Assembly (NCBI GenBank): GCA_964016885.1
Contig: OZ024742.1
Span: 147,064,001-147,128,000, forward strand
From: Eledone cirrhosa
Lineage: Eukaryota
Length of the DNA: 64,000 nt
Direction of reading: 5' to 3'
The notes under the pieces are model-generated. The model was not told the origin of the DNA. It ran no database searches and saw nothing but the letters and a program-made list of their open reading frames with translations. Positions within the stretch are counted from its first letter, which is position 1. Every line of letters starts with the position of its first letter. The translations under genes were made by a program, and so were the position numbers. Below are positions 52,330 through 64,000 of the stretch, piece after piece.

Positions 52330-52825
52330 TACCCAGAATGGGCAGAGCTGACTTCAAGCAGTTCATCCACAGCCTCATGAACAGAGGCCACCCATGTATG
52401 ATGATCACAGAGCTCCGACGCAGATACTGTCAGTCTGTCGCAATTCCAATGGCAAACACCATATATGTTGCCTCTAACCAGTGCATTCACTGCATCATGA
52501 AGAGAGGCCGTCAGTGCAAGGCGATCACAATAGTCCAATGCAGATATGGTTAGTCAATCACACTTCCAATGGAGGAAACCATATATGTTGCCTCTAACCA
52601 GTGCATATCACAGCATTGCAAACCGAGATGACCCATCTATGATTATTACAAACATCCAACATATTATCAGTCCGTTACAATTCCAACTATGGACACCATA
52701 TATAATGGGTCCAACCAGTGAATGTACAACATCGCACACAAAAAACAACTTTGCATAGTGATCAGACATCAGACCCAGATATTGGGAGCCTGTCACAATT
52801 CTAACAGCAGACACCATATATGCAA
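52330..52825 (-). pseudogene. decayed coding relic of four 40-aa tandem repeats
   Basis: Anchor CCATATA at 52459, 52579, 52696 and 52814 (spacing 120/117/118). The minus frame gives consensus IYGVCHWNCDRLTISALDxCDHHxWVASVHDAVNALVRGN, with stops and frameshifts in three units and many synonymous differences between units. Confidence 0.55.
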
Positions 52826-52973
52826 GGACTAGACATTAGCTCAAATTTACATTATGTCAATCACACAAGTGTAGTTACTAGCACATATTACTATTCCCAG
52901 TTCTTTTAAAGTATATTTAACCAATACTACACTTACGCTTTCTCCACAGAGCCTTTCCCCCATTTCACACACA

Positions 52974-53148
52974 CAAGGGTCGGCTAAAAAGTGATGCCAG
53001 TACTGTGAAATCTTCTATGCATTAATTTCAACTCTTCTTACCAATAACTGTATTGTTTCATTCTAGGGACTATGTTGAAAGGTAAACCTCATTTGGTCAT
53101 TCCATGAGCAAATCTTGGTCATCCTACAAACTTTTGAGTTGACCCTCG
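52974..53148. mobile_element. mariner-type MITE
   Basis: Imperfect TIRs CAAGGGTCGGCTAAAAAGT and ACTTTTGAGTTGACCCTCG, inserted in (CA/TG)n. Confidence 0.6.
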
Positions 53149-53819
53149 TGTGTGTGAGTGTGAGTGTGTGTGCACACACACTATGTAAAATATATTTACA
53201 CTTCCTCCTTGTAAATAATATATACACTTCATTCTCGGAACTTTTCCCCATTCATTAGTCATGTAAAATTGATAAAATCAGGATGTCACAACTTATCTAT
53301 TTCTCTATGTATAACAGACATAACACAATAATAACAAGATATAGAGATGGTACTACTATAATAATATGGCGAATTGGCAGTCATTAGAGCATTGAATAAA
53401 ATGCTTTACATCTTTCTGCGACCTGGGTTCAAATCCCATTGAGGTCAACTTTGTGATTCGTCTTTTTGAAGTAAATAAAGTGCCAGTCAAGTACTGGAGA
53501 GCCAATTCTTCCTCTATCTCCCTCACTCTTTCTCTGAAAGAACTAACTGCGTTCACACTTGGAGGGGGATCAACTAGTTTGAATGCCCATGACATGCAGT
53601 ATAGCACTCAGTATCCCTATGACTCCACCAATTCAAGACCCATGTATACAACTAAAATGTGTTGGCATGTCGTGTCACATCTGCCTATATATTTCCCTAT
53701 ATATAATAGAAATAACAACACTAACAGGATATAGAGATGGTATTAAAACTATAGGGTGTCAAATGTACTCAGGTGACCAAAAGAAATCTATCTCTCTCTC
53801 TCCCTTTTCCATGTATACA

Positions 53820-53870
53820 TGTGTGTGTGCGCACACACACACGCATATATATATATATACACACACACGC

Positions 53871-53908
<38 letters not shown>

Positions 53909-53910
53909 GC

Positions 53911-53942
<32 letters not shown>

Positions 53943-54180
53943 GCATATATATATACACACACACACGCATATATATATACACACACACACGCATATATAT
54001 ATACACACACACACGCATATATATATACACACACATGCATATATATATACACACACACATGCATATATATACACACACACATGCATATATATACACACAC
54101 ACATGCATATATATATATACACACACACACGCATATATACACACACACACACATATATATACTCACACACATACATACAT
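53820..54180. repeat. compound microsatellite [(TA)n(CA)n(C/T)GCA]n
   Basis: Directly visible higher-order unit. Confidence 0.93.
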
Positions 54181-54360
54181 GTTCACCTTGCTATCTATGC
54201 ATCCAATTAGATCATTGTACCAAGCCTATAATTACAGCTAGACATCATGTAAGTTACATTAAAGACTGATTAAGATAGGAGTATGTTGACTAAAGTTGGA
54301 AATGTCATGTAATAATTAATACTTCTGGCTTTAATTATTACATCACTTTCTCTCTCCCTC

Positions 54361-54426
<66 letters not shown>

Positions 54427-54651
54427 GAGGATGTTGTAGTTTGCTTGAAGTATTGTGTTAATGTATAAAGTGGTGTTATTTGAAGACTATGACAATGCAA
54501 AATGGATGTTAGATTTTGAAAAAAAATTCAAGGCAGCAAAAGATGTTAATGTGTCACCTGTTCTTTTATTTACCTTAGATTTTGAGATTAAAATCCCTTC
54601 ATCAGGAGTCTAATAAAAAAATTGGCTGGAAGTTGTAGCCTTCAAACATTC

Positions 54652-54703
<52 letters not shown>

Positions 54704-54799
54704 TATATATATGTAAAAGGTAAACAGAAATAACAACACAACCGGTACAGTATATGGAAGGTATATATTAGGTTAACGCTTGATATAGCAGGAAGGGGG

Positions 54800-54835
54800 T
54801 CTTAACGTTTCGGACACTAGTCCTTCATCAGAAGA
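54800..54835 (-). ncRNA. minimal type I hammerhead ribozyme (Penelope-type, dimer-dependent form)
   Basis: Minus strand UCUU-CUGAUGA-A-GGAC-UAGU-GUCC-GAAAC-GUU-AAGA: stem I UCUU/AAGA, stem II GGAC/GUCC, palindromic AACGUU in place of stem III, NUH triplet GUU. Confidence 0.75.
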
Positions 54836-55627
54836 AAGAATGAGAAATAAAATAGATTGAGGTGACGGGCGGGATGGAATTGGAAAAACAAAAGACTCCT
54901 GTAAATTTCCTGTTCATTCTTTGTTGTGATATGATATCATAAATCTTACCAACAGAGTGGTTCTCAAATCTGTAATGCCACCTGCTGTTGCAAGTGCAAC
55001 TCCACCTTAATGTGTGAAATTGCATGCCAGCATGTGGCTGACTAGGTAGCATGTGGCTGACTAGGTAAAGATGCAGTTGTCTGTCCGTGTGTGTCTGTGT
55101 GTGTGTGTGTAAAAGTAAAGTGTTACAGCTCACACATATATAGCTTTGGCTGGCCTCCTTCAAGGCTGCACCCCATATCTGGATTTTAAGGAGCTTTAAT
55201 GATAGGAGCCCCCATCCCATCATAAAAAGCTATTTGAAATGAAAGGACCTATGCCCAGTCCAAGAATCAAACCCATGATCTTAGATAATCATCATGTTAC
55301 ATCTGCTTTTCCATGTCTGCAGGAGTTGGACAGGTTCTTTTCAGCAGTGTCTCTCTACTCTGCATGGTCCTTTGTTATGTTTACCGTGAACCTCCTCTGA
55401 CGACTGGGCCCATCTGGCAGAATGGACTGCATTAATTTATTGAGACAGTCAATTCTGTTCTTTTGTTCATGAAACTGCTGTTGAGCCCTCTAGCTTTAGT
55501 TTATTTCACTAATACTCTATCTCTAGAGTAAGATGGTTGTGAAGTTTTCCATACTTTAGATCACTTTATTGGGATCTACCCATTGGTCAGCCTCCCGTCA
55601 CCTGAATCTTTCTAATTTCTCATTCTT

Positions 55628-55663
55628 TCTTCTGATGAAGGACTAGCGTCCGAACCATTAAGA
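55628..55663 (+). ncRNA. mutated hammerhead copy, probably inactive
   Basis: TCTT-CTGATGA-A-GGAC-TAGC-GTCC-GAACC-ATT-AAGA; GAAACG has become GAACCA. Confidence 0.6.
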
Positions 55664-55747
55664 CCCTTTTCTTGCTATTTCAAGCGTTAAACTAATATAT
55701 TCCTTCCATATACTGTACCATTTGTTTTGTTATTTCTGTTTACCTTT

Positions 55748-55801
<54 letters not shown>

Positions 55802-56526
55802 GTAATAATTAAAACTACAAGCTTTAGTTATTAAATGCATGTATATATATGTGTGTGTGTGTGTGTGAGTGTATTAACAAATATATAGTAAGTCAGTATA
55901 CCTCGTCATTATATAATAATTAAAGTTACTTGCTTTATTAAGTATAAACACAACAGTGAAAGCTAAAGTAAGAAAACTAAACAAAACAATGTTATATTTC
56001 ATGCTAGTTTGAGGTTAGGACCTATTTTCAAAAGAAAGGAAATGGAGTGTGATAATGATGAAGAGCAATGTCATGTACCTTAACATTATACATCTAGTGA
56101 AGTATGCTAGCTTCATTTCTTTCAATCCTTCACACATCCTCTCCATTCAATTCCTATGGCTGACTACCTTATAGCTGTTTAACCTCAATGTTTCACTACC
56201 TTATACCACTTTACCTCATGTCATGTACTACATGAGAAAGCACTAGCAAGACCTTAAAAAGTACAAAACAGCACTATGACTATATCCTATTAATTCAAGT
56301 GTTTAATTTACTGCACATTTTCACAATGATTTATTCAATAGTAAAGATACTGCAAATATTTGCATTAACAAACTTGCTTTTAAATATTTTCCACTAAGGG
56401 CAGTGAATATAGACATAACAGAACTGGAACCTATATCATTAAAACTCACAAGAAACCTATGGGACACAACCTCACATAAGGGCCTCTTTCATTATAACAC
56501 ATAAAGGCCCTTATTATTAAAACACA

Positions 56527-56711
56527 GGATGGTGGATTGGCAGTATCGGTAGAGGGTCGGACGCCATGCTTTCCAGCATAGTTACGTCCCTTTACAATCT
56601 GAGTTCAAATCCCGCCGAGGTTGACTTTACCTTTCATCCTTACGGGGTCGATAAAATAAAGTACCAGTAATGCACTGGGTAATTGCTGGCCTTGTGCCTA
56701 AAGTAGAAACA
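56527..56711 (+). mobile_element. young full-length Meta-domain SINE with 14-bp TSD
   Basis: ATTATTAAAACACA is duplicated at 56513-56526 and 56712-56725; A- and B-box-like motifs and CpGs are intact. Confidence 0.92.
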
Positions 56712-58179
56712 ATTATTAAAACACAAGAAACCTCCTAGGGGACGTTGCCTCATGGAAAGCCACTGAGTTGTAACTACAACTGAAATATAGCCAAACAGCA
56801 TAGGAAAGAGATACAATAACATTATCTCAGTGTGAAAGGTACAAATAACCTTGGTGACAAAATATCAATAAAAAGAGTAAAGAAAAGATAACTGTCATAT
56901 TTCTGTAAAATATAAATAAAAAACCTTTCAAATATGAACATAATCGAAAAATTAATGGTCTGAATCAGAGAATCAAAACATTATTTCAGTTCCTTTTATC
57001 CATAATGTTTTCAAATATTTTAGATCAAACATTGAGGTCAAATAAATATTTTAGCTAACAAAGCAGACACTGAACCAACTGATTATTATCATCATCATCA
57101 TACTTATTATTATTTTCATAGTCTTTTTTCCCCCATGCTCGTTTAGCTGGGTTTGTTCTCTCACAGTATCATTTGTGACGATCCTCCATTGCTTTTGTGA
57201 AATCCATCAACCTGAGATCATGTCTTTTTTTTTATCTTCCTTTTCTGTAGATTCATCCCACTAGTATCATGTGCCAAATTCCCACCCAACTGCCATCTTC
57301 CATAGAATGGACATCCATTGGTTTTGTCAATGAATGTTCCCGTTGTAATTTATAAGTAACTGAACATTCCACAGACACGTTAAACATATTCAGAATAACA
57401 CTGTGTGACAAGTTTGGCCTTTCAAATTACAACTACATTTCATCCAACAGACTTCCAAACAGGGATCAAAACAGAGACTTTTGATTGCCAAGTAAACTTC
57501 TTGTCCAGTCCTGCTGTATCCACACTCTTCTGTACACACATCACACATCTCTATAAGGACAATTTTCTCTCTCAAGCCATTCATCAAAAGCCAGTTTTCT
57601 TACTAACCACCACACTACAGAACATGATACCCAGTCAAAGTTCTTCTCCAAGTCAATGAGAAGTTTGCTCTCAGCCAAGGACTTCCCTTGTAGTTGCTTC
57701 ACCTGATAACTATGCTATAACTTTCTCTGTTGCTGTTACCAACAAACAAAGAACATACCCTATACAACAGCAACAGAGATAAAGTTTCCAGGAACTCCAA
57801 CATGCTAGTTACACAAAAACGCAGTCACCGAATGTTGTAAGGAAACAGAACACTATAAAATATTTAATCTTATTTCTTAATGCCATCGTAATCCCCATAG
57901 ACACACATGAGAGAAAGAGAGGCGTGACCATCATTAAAGCCTCTACTATCTATGAACAGCTATGATACCCAATTATTTCAAAACAAAGTTATTAAGTTAC
58001 CAAAGACAAACTAAGCAAGCAGGGGAAAAAAATGATTCAAAGACTTACAAAACTATTCTGACCAACCCTTGCTAGCAGGAGAACAGATATCAAATGATGA
58101 TGATGAAAATGGTGTGTGGTGTGTGTGTGTGTGTGCATGCAAAGGGTTTTGAGACCAGCTGTCCTGGGGGAATTCTATA

Positions 58180-59110
58180 TGCTGGCAACTTGAATCTGTG
58201 AAAAAACTAGAGTAGAAATTCCTACTGAGGAAATAGAATACACAATCAAAAGGATGCAGAGTAAATTCAGCAATGGCCAAAGTTTTACTAAGTGGGAAAG
58301 AAAACAGGATTATGGTCCCATAAGTGAAAAGACCATACTCAATATGTAAAAAAGAAGGTTATTTAGGTTATTACTCTCTATGTGATGTACACAATGTAAA
58401 ACAAATACATGAAGAGTAGTGAAATTGTAAGCAGACTAGAAAAGCTAGGCTGTATGTGGGGGTTGCAAAGGAGTAGTTTGTAGTAAGAGCCCCAGTGAAA
58501 TATACATTGCCAACCTCACTAGGGTTCCATAGTACTTGACAGTTTCTGTTAGTTAGATAACCTAATTAGCAGTGGAGAAAGTTGCTCTGAAAACATAACA
58601 GGCTGGAAAAGGTTCAGGAAACTACTACTTCTGTTGACAACAAAAGGTTTCATTCTATGAAGGAAAGGCCAGCTGTATGATGCCTACATGGGAAGTGTGA
58701 TGTTGCAGGAAGTGAAACATAGGCAGTAAATGCATAGAATATACAATGGTTAGAGACAAATGATGTGAGCATACTTTGGTAGATGTATGAATGAATGAAT
58801 GGCAAAGAATAGATGAGCTGAGAGAAAAACTGAGTATAAAAGGAACCAAATATAGAGTGCAAGAGAGAGGACTGTGCAGATATGGATATGTGACATGCAT
58901 AAATGATGATCATTGGATAAAGAAGTACCGTACCAAGAGTCCCCAGTGGAAGGAAGTTACAGTAGAAGGAGACTAAAGACCTGCGCAGAAGTGGTAAGAT
59001 TGAATCTCAAAGATAAACCTCAGGGTAGATTATGAAAGAATGCAACAAGTGGAAGGTGATTGTGCTGGAACAGACCTGTCCAACCCTTGCAAACATGAAA
59101 AACTGGACAT
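58180..59110 (+). mobile_element. old RTE-clade LINE 3' portion
   Basis: DELREKLSIKG..VQERGLCRYGYVTCINDDHWIKK is homologous to the 44.3 kb RTE end and has the same tail (AACCCTTGCAAACATGAAAAACTGGACATTAA). Shorter minus-strand RTE ends are at about 57080-57260 and 61840-62040. Confidence 0.75.
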
Positions 59111-59113
59111 TAA

Positions 59114-59298
59114 CCCTTTAGCATTTAAACCGGCCATATCTGGCCAGAATTCTCTCACCTCTTTCTGTTTAAACCTTCAAATCTTAAAATAAATAATATC
59201 AAAATCTCATAGATTCGATATGTGAGATAATTATGTGAAAATACAATGTGAAAATACAATGTGAAATTATGTGAAAATACAATGTGAATGCTAAAGGG
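59114..59298. mobile_element. TTAA-flanked MITE family B copy
   Basis: TTAA|CCCTTTAGCATT...AATGCTAAAGGG|TTAG (perfect 12-bp TIR), inserted at the TTAA of the RTE tail. Confidence 0.85.
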
Positions 59299-60818
59299 TT
59301 AGAGCAAGGTGTGTATGTGTCGGAGACTATCCAGAAACTTTATAGTGCTATTTGTTCCAATGTAAAAACTACCTGTTAAAGCTGATCTTAGAAAAACTAA
59401 GAAGATTATAGATGAAATATATTGTCATGGATCTACCAACCATAAACAAGGTTTTCCAATACATGGAAGATACAGAAACAGTCAACGACATTTAACTGCC
59501 TTATAGCTGTCCTTGTTTTTCACCTTTTTTCTTATATTGGCTTTTTTTTTTTCTCTTTCTGTCTCTCGTTGTTTCTTAATTATAGGGGATATTAGATACA
59601 TTTCTCAGTCTGTCGGATGTTTAAATAAAGAGATATGTACACACACACACACTTATATATTGCTTCTAAATATCTTCGCAGATGAGATCTCCTTCCTCTA
59701 TGTCAATAACTGAACTACTTAGCTGCTTCTAAATATTTATAAACACATTCCATCCATCAAGGGCAAAGACAAAACAAAATAATGTGTATATATACACACA
59801 CATCTGCTTGAGCGTATCTATAAATATATATATATTTACACACACACATCTGCATGAGTGTATCTATAAATATATATACGGACGTATGATGATGAAGATA
59901 TACACACACACACATGCATGAGTGTATCTATAAATATATACATGTGCATGATACATATATATATATACATATATATATTATATATACACAAATGTACTTA
60001 CATACACACACCTGTATGTATGTGTGTGTGTGTGTATGAGTGTGTAGATTATATATATATAAATATAGTGAGCATGTTTTTTTTTCCATGTCACCTGTTG
60101 GTAGCTCACATTACAACCACACATAAGGAGTATGCCAGTACGCCAGAAAACCCAGCAACCTATCACAACTTCCCTGTCTACATGACATATATAAGTTGTG
60201 TAGTTTTTTAACGCAAACATGTCTGCACATACTTGTACACACACACAAACATACTTGCACGTACATACACATTGAAAAAGAAAAAAAACATTTACAGCTG
60301 AAACTCAAGTTTAGCTGACCTCCTTCGAGGTTGTATCACAGGTTCTTTCTGGTATTTTCATGATACGGTCCGGTCCCCAATCCTCCTATCATGAAAAGCA
60401 ATGTAAAATGAAGTGTCTTGTTCAAGAACAAAACACGCTGCTCAGTCAAAGAATTGAAACCACAACCTTATGATTAGGAATCTAACACCTTAACCACGAG
60501 GTCATTTGCCTTCACCACATGTCTTTATTATATATATGGAAATGACTTCGACAGGACTAGAACTGTTTCAGTCATATGAAATCACCAGGAATGAACAAAG
60601 TTCTAGTCTTGTAGAAGTTATATATATATATATATATATATATGATAAAGATGCCTATACTCTAATATATTGAATACTCTTTTTAAACTAGTTACCCTCT
60701 GACACAACTCACATATAGATAAATATATATGAATGTGTACAATGATCATATACATCCATACATATACATCCATACATACATATATTTTTATATAGATATA
60801 AAATGTATGTATATATGT

Positions 60819-60945
60819 GAAAAGTCAATGAGAAAAAACAAAACAGTACAACAAAAATGTATTAGTTTAACTCTTGATATGGTAGGAAAATAGTCTGGAC
60901 GTTTCAGACATCAATCCTGCATCAGATGATACAATGAGAGGTAAA
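60819..60945 (-). mobile_element. older copy of the 54.7 kb Penelope-type terminal repeat with decayed hammerhead
   Basis: TTAACTCTTGATATGGTAGG..GGACGTTTCAGACATCAATCCTGCATCAGA aligns with TTAACGCTTGATATAGCAGG..TAACGTTTCGGACACTAGTCCTTCATCAGA. Confidence 0.65.
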
Positions 60946-63519
60946 AGAAACAGAAATATAGACAAGAGTAGAAGAGGGGAGAAAGGGAAAAAAATTTATA
61001 GGAGCAAAGCTTGAGTGTGTTTAGTGAGCTATTTTGAGGAAATGCAGATTAGAATGTATAGATAAGAGTTTTTGAAAGGGGGATAATCCTTGTATATTTT
61101 GAGTTAATGTGCATGTGTGTTTATGTTTGTCTGTGAGAGTATGAAGGTTTGTTGTGCGTCAGACTGTGACAAAACCAGTGTTGCAGTTGGAATTGTAGAG
61201 GAGTGAGTGTGCATGTTCGAGTAAGCTGACCAATGCAAGGAGCAACAAGGCGTGACCAGTTGGATAGGCATATATGCATGCGTATATTTACACAGAAACA
61301 CGTGTATGTGTATTAGCACATATAAATATATACAGGCTCACACACACACAAGTAGAGGTGATAAAGTGTTGCAAGGAAAGGAAGGCAGAAGTACATGCCT
61401 ACCCACCAGCCTATCCCATGGCATTGGTATGAGCATAAGAGATACCACACAGCATCATAAATGTGAAGTCACTGCATATGCGGAGACACACAGAGCTAGG
61501 ATGGGGCGAGGGAGAAATGAATGTGAAACATTTACATCTGACAGCAAACTAGCTCCAACAATTAGCTCCACATGAATATAATACCATGTGCAGGAAGCAC
61601 AAGCACACGTGCCCTCAGGTGAGCACCATCAAGTGTTAGGTGTTGGTGGTGTGTGATGCATAAGTATGTGTATGGATGTACATACACATACATGCATCTA
61701 AAAGTGTGGGGGGAGTGGTGTAGATGATGGCCATGGAGGAACGTGCGTGCGTGTGTGCGTGTGCGTGTACACACACACACGCACACACGGACATACACCA
61801 CCTTGAAAAGTAGATGGAAAATGATAATACACACATATCATCAGCATCATTTTACATTCACCTTTTTCCATGCTTGCATGTGTCAGAAGGATCCTTTCCA
61901 CTACAGCCTCCCTCCACCCACAGCATTCTATCATCATTTCTAACCACTTTTGTTTAGGTGTTCCTCTAATTTCCTCTATGACAGTTTCCTTCCACTGGCA
62001 TCTAGCACTTTATCATCCTTAAACATCATATGTCCATACCAATAGTGGTCATGTTGGTGACACGACTAAAAGCATCCAGTCCTGTAAGGTGGTCGTGCTG
62101 GTGATATGTTAAAAAAGCACCCAGCCCACCTAGTTAGATAGTCATTTTGGTGTCATGATAAAAAGCACCCAGTCCACAATGTAATGTGGTTGGTGTTAGG
62201 AAGGGCATCCAGTCATAGAAAGCAAGCCAAAATACAGATCCATATGAGCAAAACATGATCACCTGACCTGACTTGTTTTATAACATGACAACCCATCTAA
62301 CCTTGCATGTGCAGAAAAATGGATGTATGATGATGATACACACACATATATGCTCAATACCTCCCCCATCATAAGTTCTCAAGGTGACGAAGACAGGCAC
62401 CAGTATGACAAGACCAAGGCCCCACCTCCTAGGCATTGAAGGTCTGTGACTGCTCCAGCCTATACTATGCTTTCTTAGTGATAAAACAACAGAAGAGGTG
62501 GTATTTCATTTTTGTAGATGCACACTATACTCTAATTGCCACAACAAAGGGTATGCTGTATGTACGTGGCTGCAAGAAGTTGATGTCCTGAAAAAAGTTC
62601 CTACACAGATTTTATTGTGACAAACACTTATGTAACATGAGAGCCACTTTCTAAAGGTCATAAACAGTTAAGCTAGCAACAAGCAAAAACAATGCAAGAT
62701 GGCCAGAGACTACAAACACCAAGTATCTCAAATAAGAATATCTTCCTGTGGTGTGTATTTAGAATAAACATGTAAATACATGTGTATATGCACAAAAGTA
62801 TATACATAAACACTATTGAATGGCTGTTGACTCAACTTCCTCCACATGGTGACAAATTCTGTTTTTTTATCCTGTAAGTGAAGGCACATGGCTTAGTGGT
62901 TAGAGAGTTGGATTCACAATCGAGAGGCTGCCAGTTCAATTCTTGGACCAAGTGATACGTTGTGTCCTTGAGCAAGACACTTTATTTCATGTTACTCTTT
63001 CTGCCAGGAGTTGCAACCGGTAGATAGTATTAGCAATGGAAAAACCAATGAAAACTGTTTCCTTGGTCCAATTTGACGGGGTCCACCCACTTAGCAAGTG
63101 AATAAGGTCTGGGATCTTGTCAATCGATTAGAGCAATCCTGTAAGGTGTCCAAAAATCACCCTCGTTGAATGGTATGAGTGGTGGCATTAATAGCAGCTG
63201 TTAATGAAGAGTCACACAGAGGATAAAAAATGATTCTAGCAACAGATGGTGAGGGAGGTTGATTGTTAACAGTAGTGGATGCATTTTGGACAAATCAAAT
63301 GTTATGAAAAAGTTGTGGAGATGGAAGAGGAAATAGAGAAATCAATGGGGGTGATAGTGAGAGAGAGATAACTGGCAATAATGAAAATAAGGACAATTGA
63401 ATAATGATAATAGAATAATAATTACATGTAAATTGTTTGGTTGTGTCCTATGATGAAATGAAAAACCAAAATGGAAACAACAAAACATCAGCACTGTACC
63501 TTAGTTTCTGTTTATAAGC

Positions 63520-63682
63520 TGCTACATACACCAGTTGGTGTATATATACACTGCTACACACTGCTATATACCTCAGTTAGTGTATATACACTGCTACATA
63601 CCTTAGTCTGCTATGTACCTTGATCTGTGTATATACACTGCTACATATCTTGGTCTGTGTATATATACTGCTACATACCTTC

Positions 63683-63714
<32 letters not shown>

Positions 63715-63950
63715 TGCTACATACCTTGGTCTGTGTATATATTACTACATACGTTGGTATGTAGTAATATATATATACACTGCTACATATCTTGGTCTGT
63801 ATATATATATATATACACACACACACTGCTACGCACCTTGGTATGTATATACACTGCTACATACCTTAGTGTATATATCACTACATACTTTGGTATGTAT
63901 ATACACACTGCTACGTACCTTAGTTTGAATGTATGTGTATATATATACTG
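63520..63950. repeat. ~30-bp degenerate minisatellite
   Basis: Repeats of CTGCTACATACCTTGGTCTGTGTATATATACA with variable (TA)n/(CA)n. Confidence 0.9.
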
Positions 63951-64000
63951 ACCCCAAGTGGACCCTATAGAGGGGCCAACAGTACAAGTCAGCAGCAGCG

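Larger units (their letters stand above)
54715..55748. mobile_element. Penelope-type non-autonomous element with ~160-bp terminal inverted repeats, between (TA)n tracts
   Basis: 54715-54872 is the near reverse complement of 55592-55748, and each arm carries a hammerhead core. Confidence 0.8.

Noticed and set aside
52330-52825. CRISPR-like repeat-spacer array
   Set aside because: The apparent spacers are homologous to each other, the repeats are degenerate, there are no cas genes and the context is eukaryotic.
53583-54269. His/Thr/Tyr/Ile-rich ORFs here and at 14.8, 16.4, 46.3 and 63.6 kb
   Set aside because: Dinucleotide microsatellite translations.
56531-56612. tRNA gene
   Set aside because: The A/B boxes belong to a SINE head with a TSD and many dispersed copies; no cloverleaf.

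Overview
AT-rich, microsatellite-dense animal genomic DNA. The SINE, MITE and retroelement repertoire points to an octopod cephalopod (inference from recalled repeat families, no search run). The window reads as mostly intron of one large minus-strand gene. Two good candidate alternative first coding exons (46802-46923 and 18155-18369) both start with ATG and end in phase 2 at a GT donor; I could not identify the gene. The rest is a layered transposon landscape: tRNA-derived SINEs (Meta-domain, CORE-type, RTE-tailed), TTAA/CCC-ended piggyBac-type MITEs, a Tc1/mariner deletion derivative, a Helitron helicase remnant, a complete non-autonomous Helitron, two CRE-like non-LTR fragments, RTE and CR1 3' ends, and Penelope-type fold-back elements carrying minimal hammerhead ribozyme motifs. 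The most unusual items are a decayed 40-aa-repeat coding relic at 52.3-52.8 kb, the hammerhead-bearing inverted-repeat element at 54.7-55.75 kb, and the same-phase multi-promoter layout. Almost all ORFs in the supplied track are microsatellite or minisatellite artefacts. Boundaries of old repeats are approximate (read by eye).
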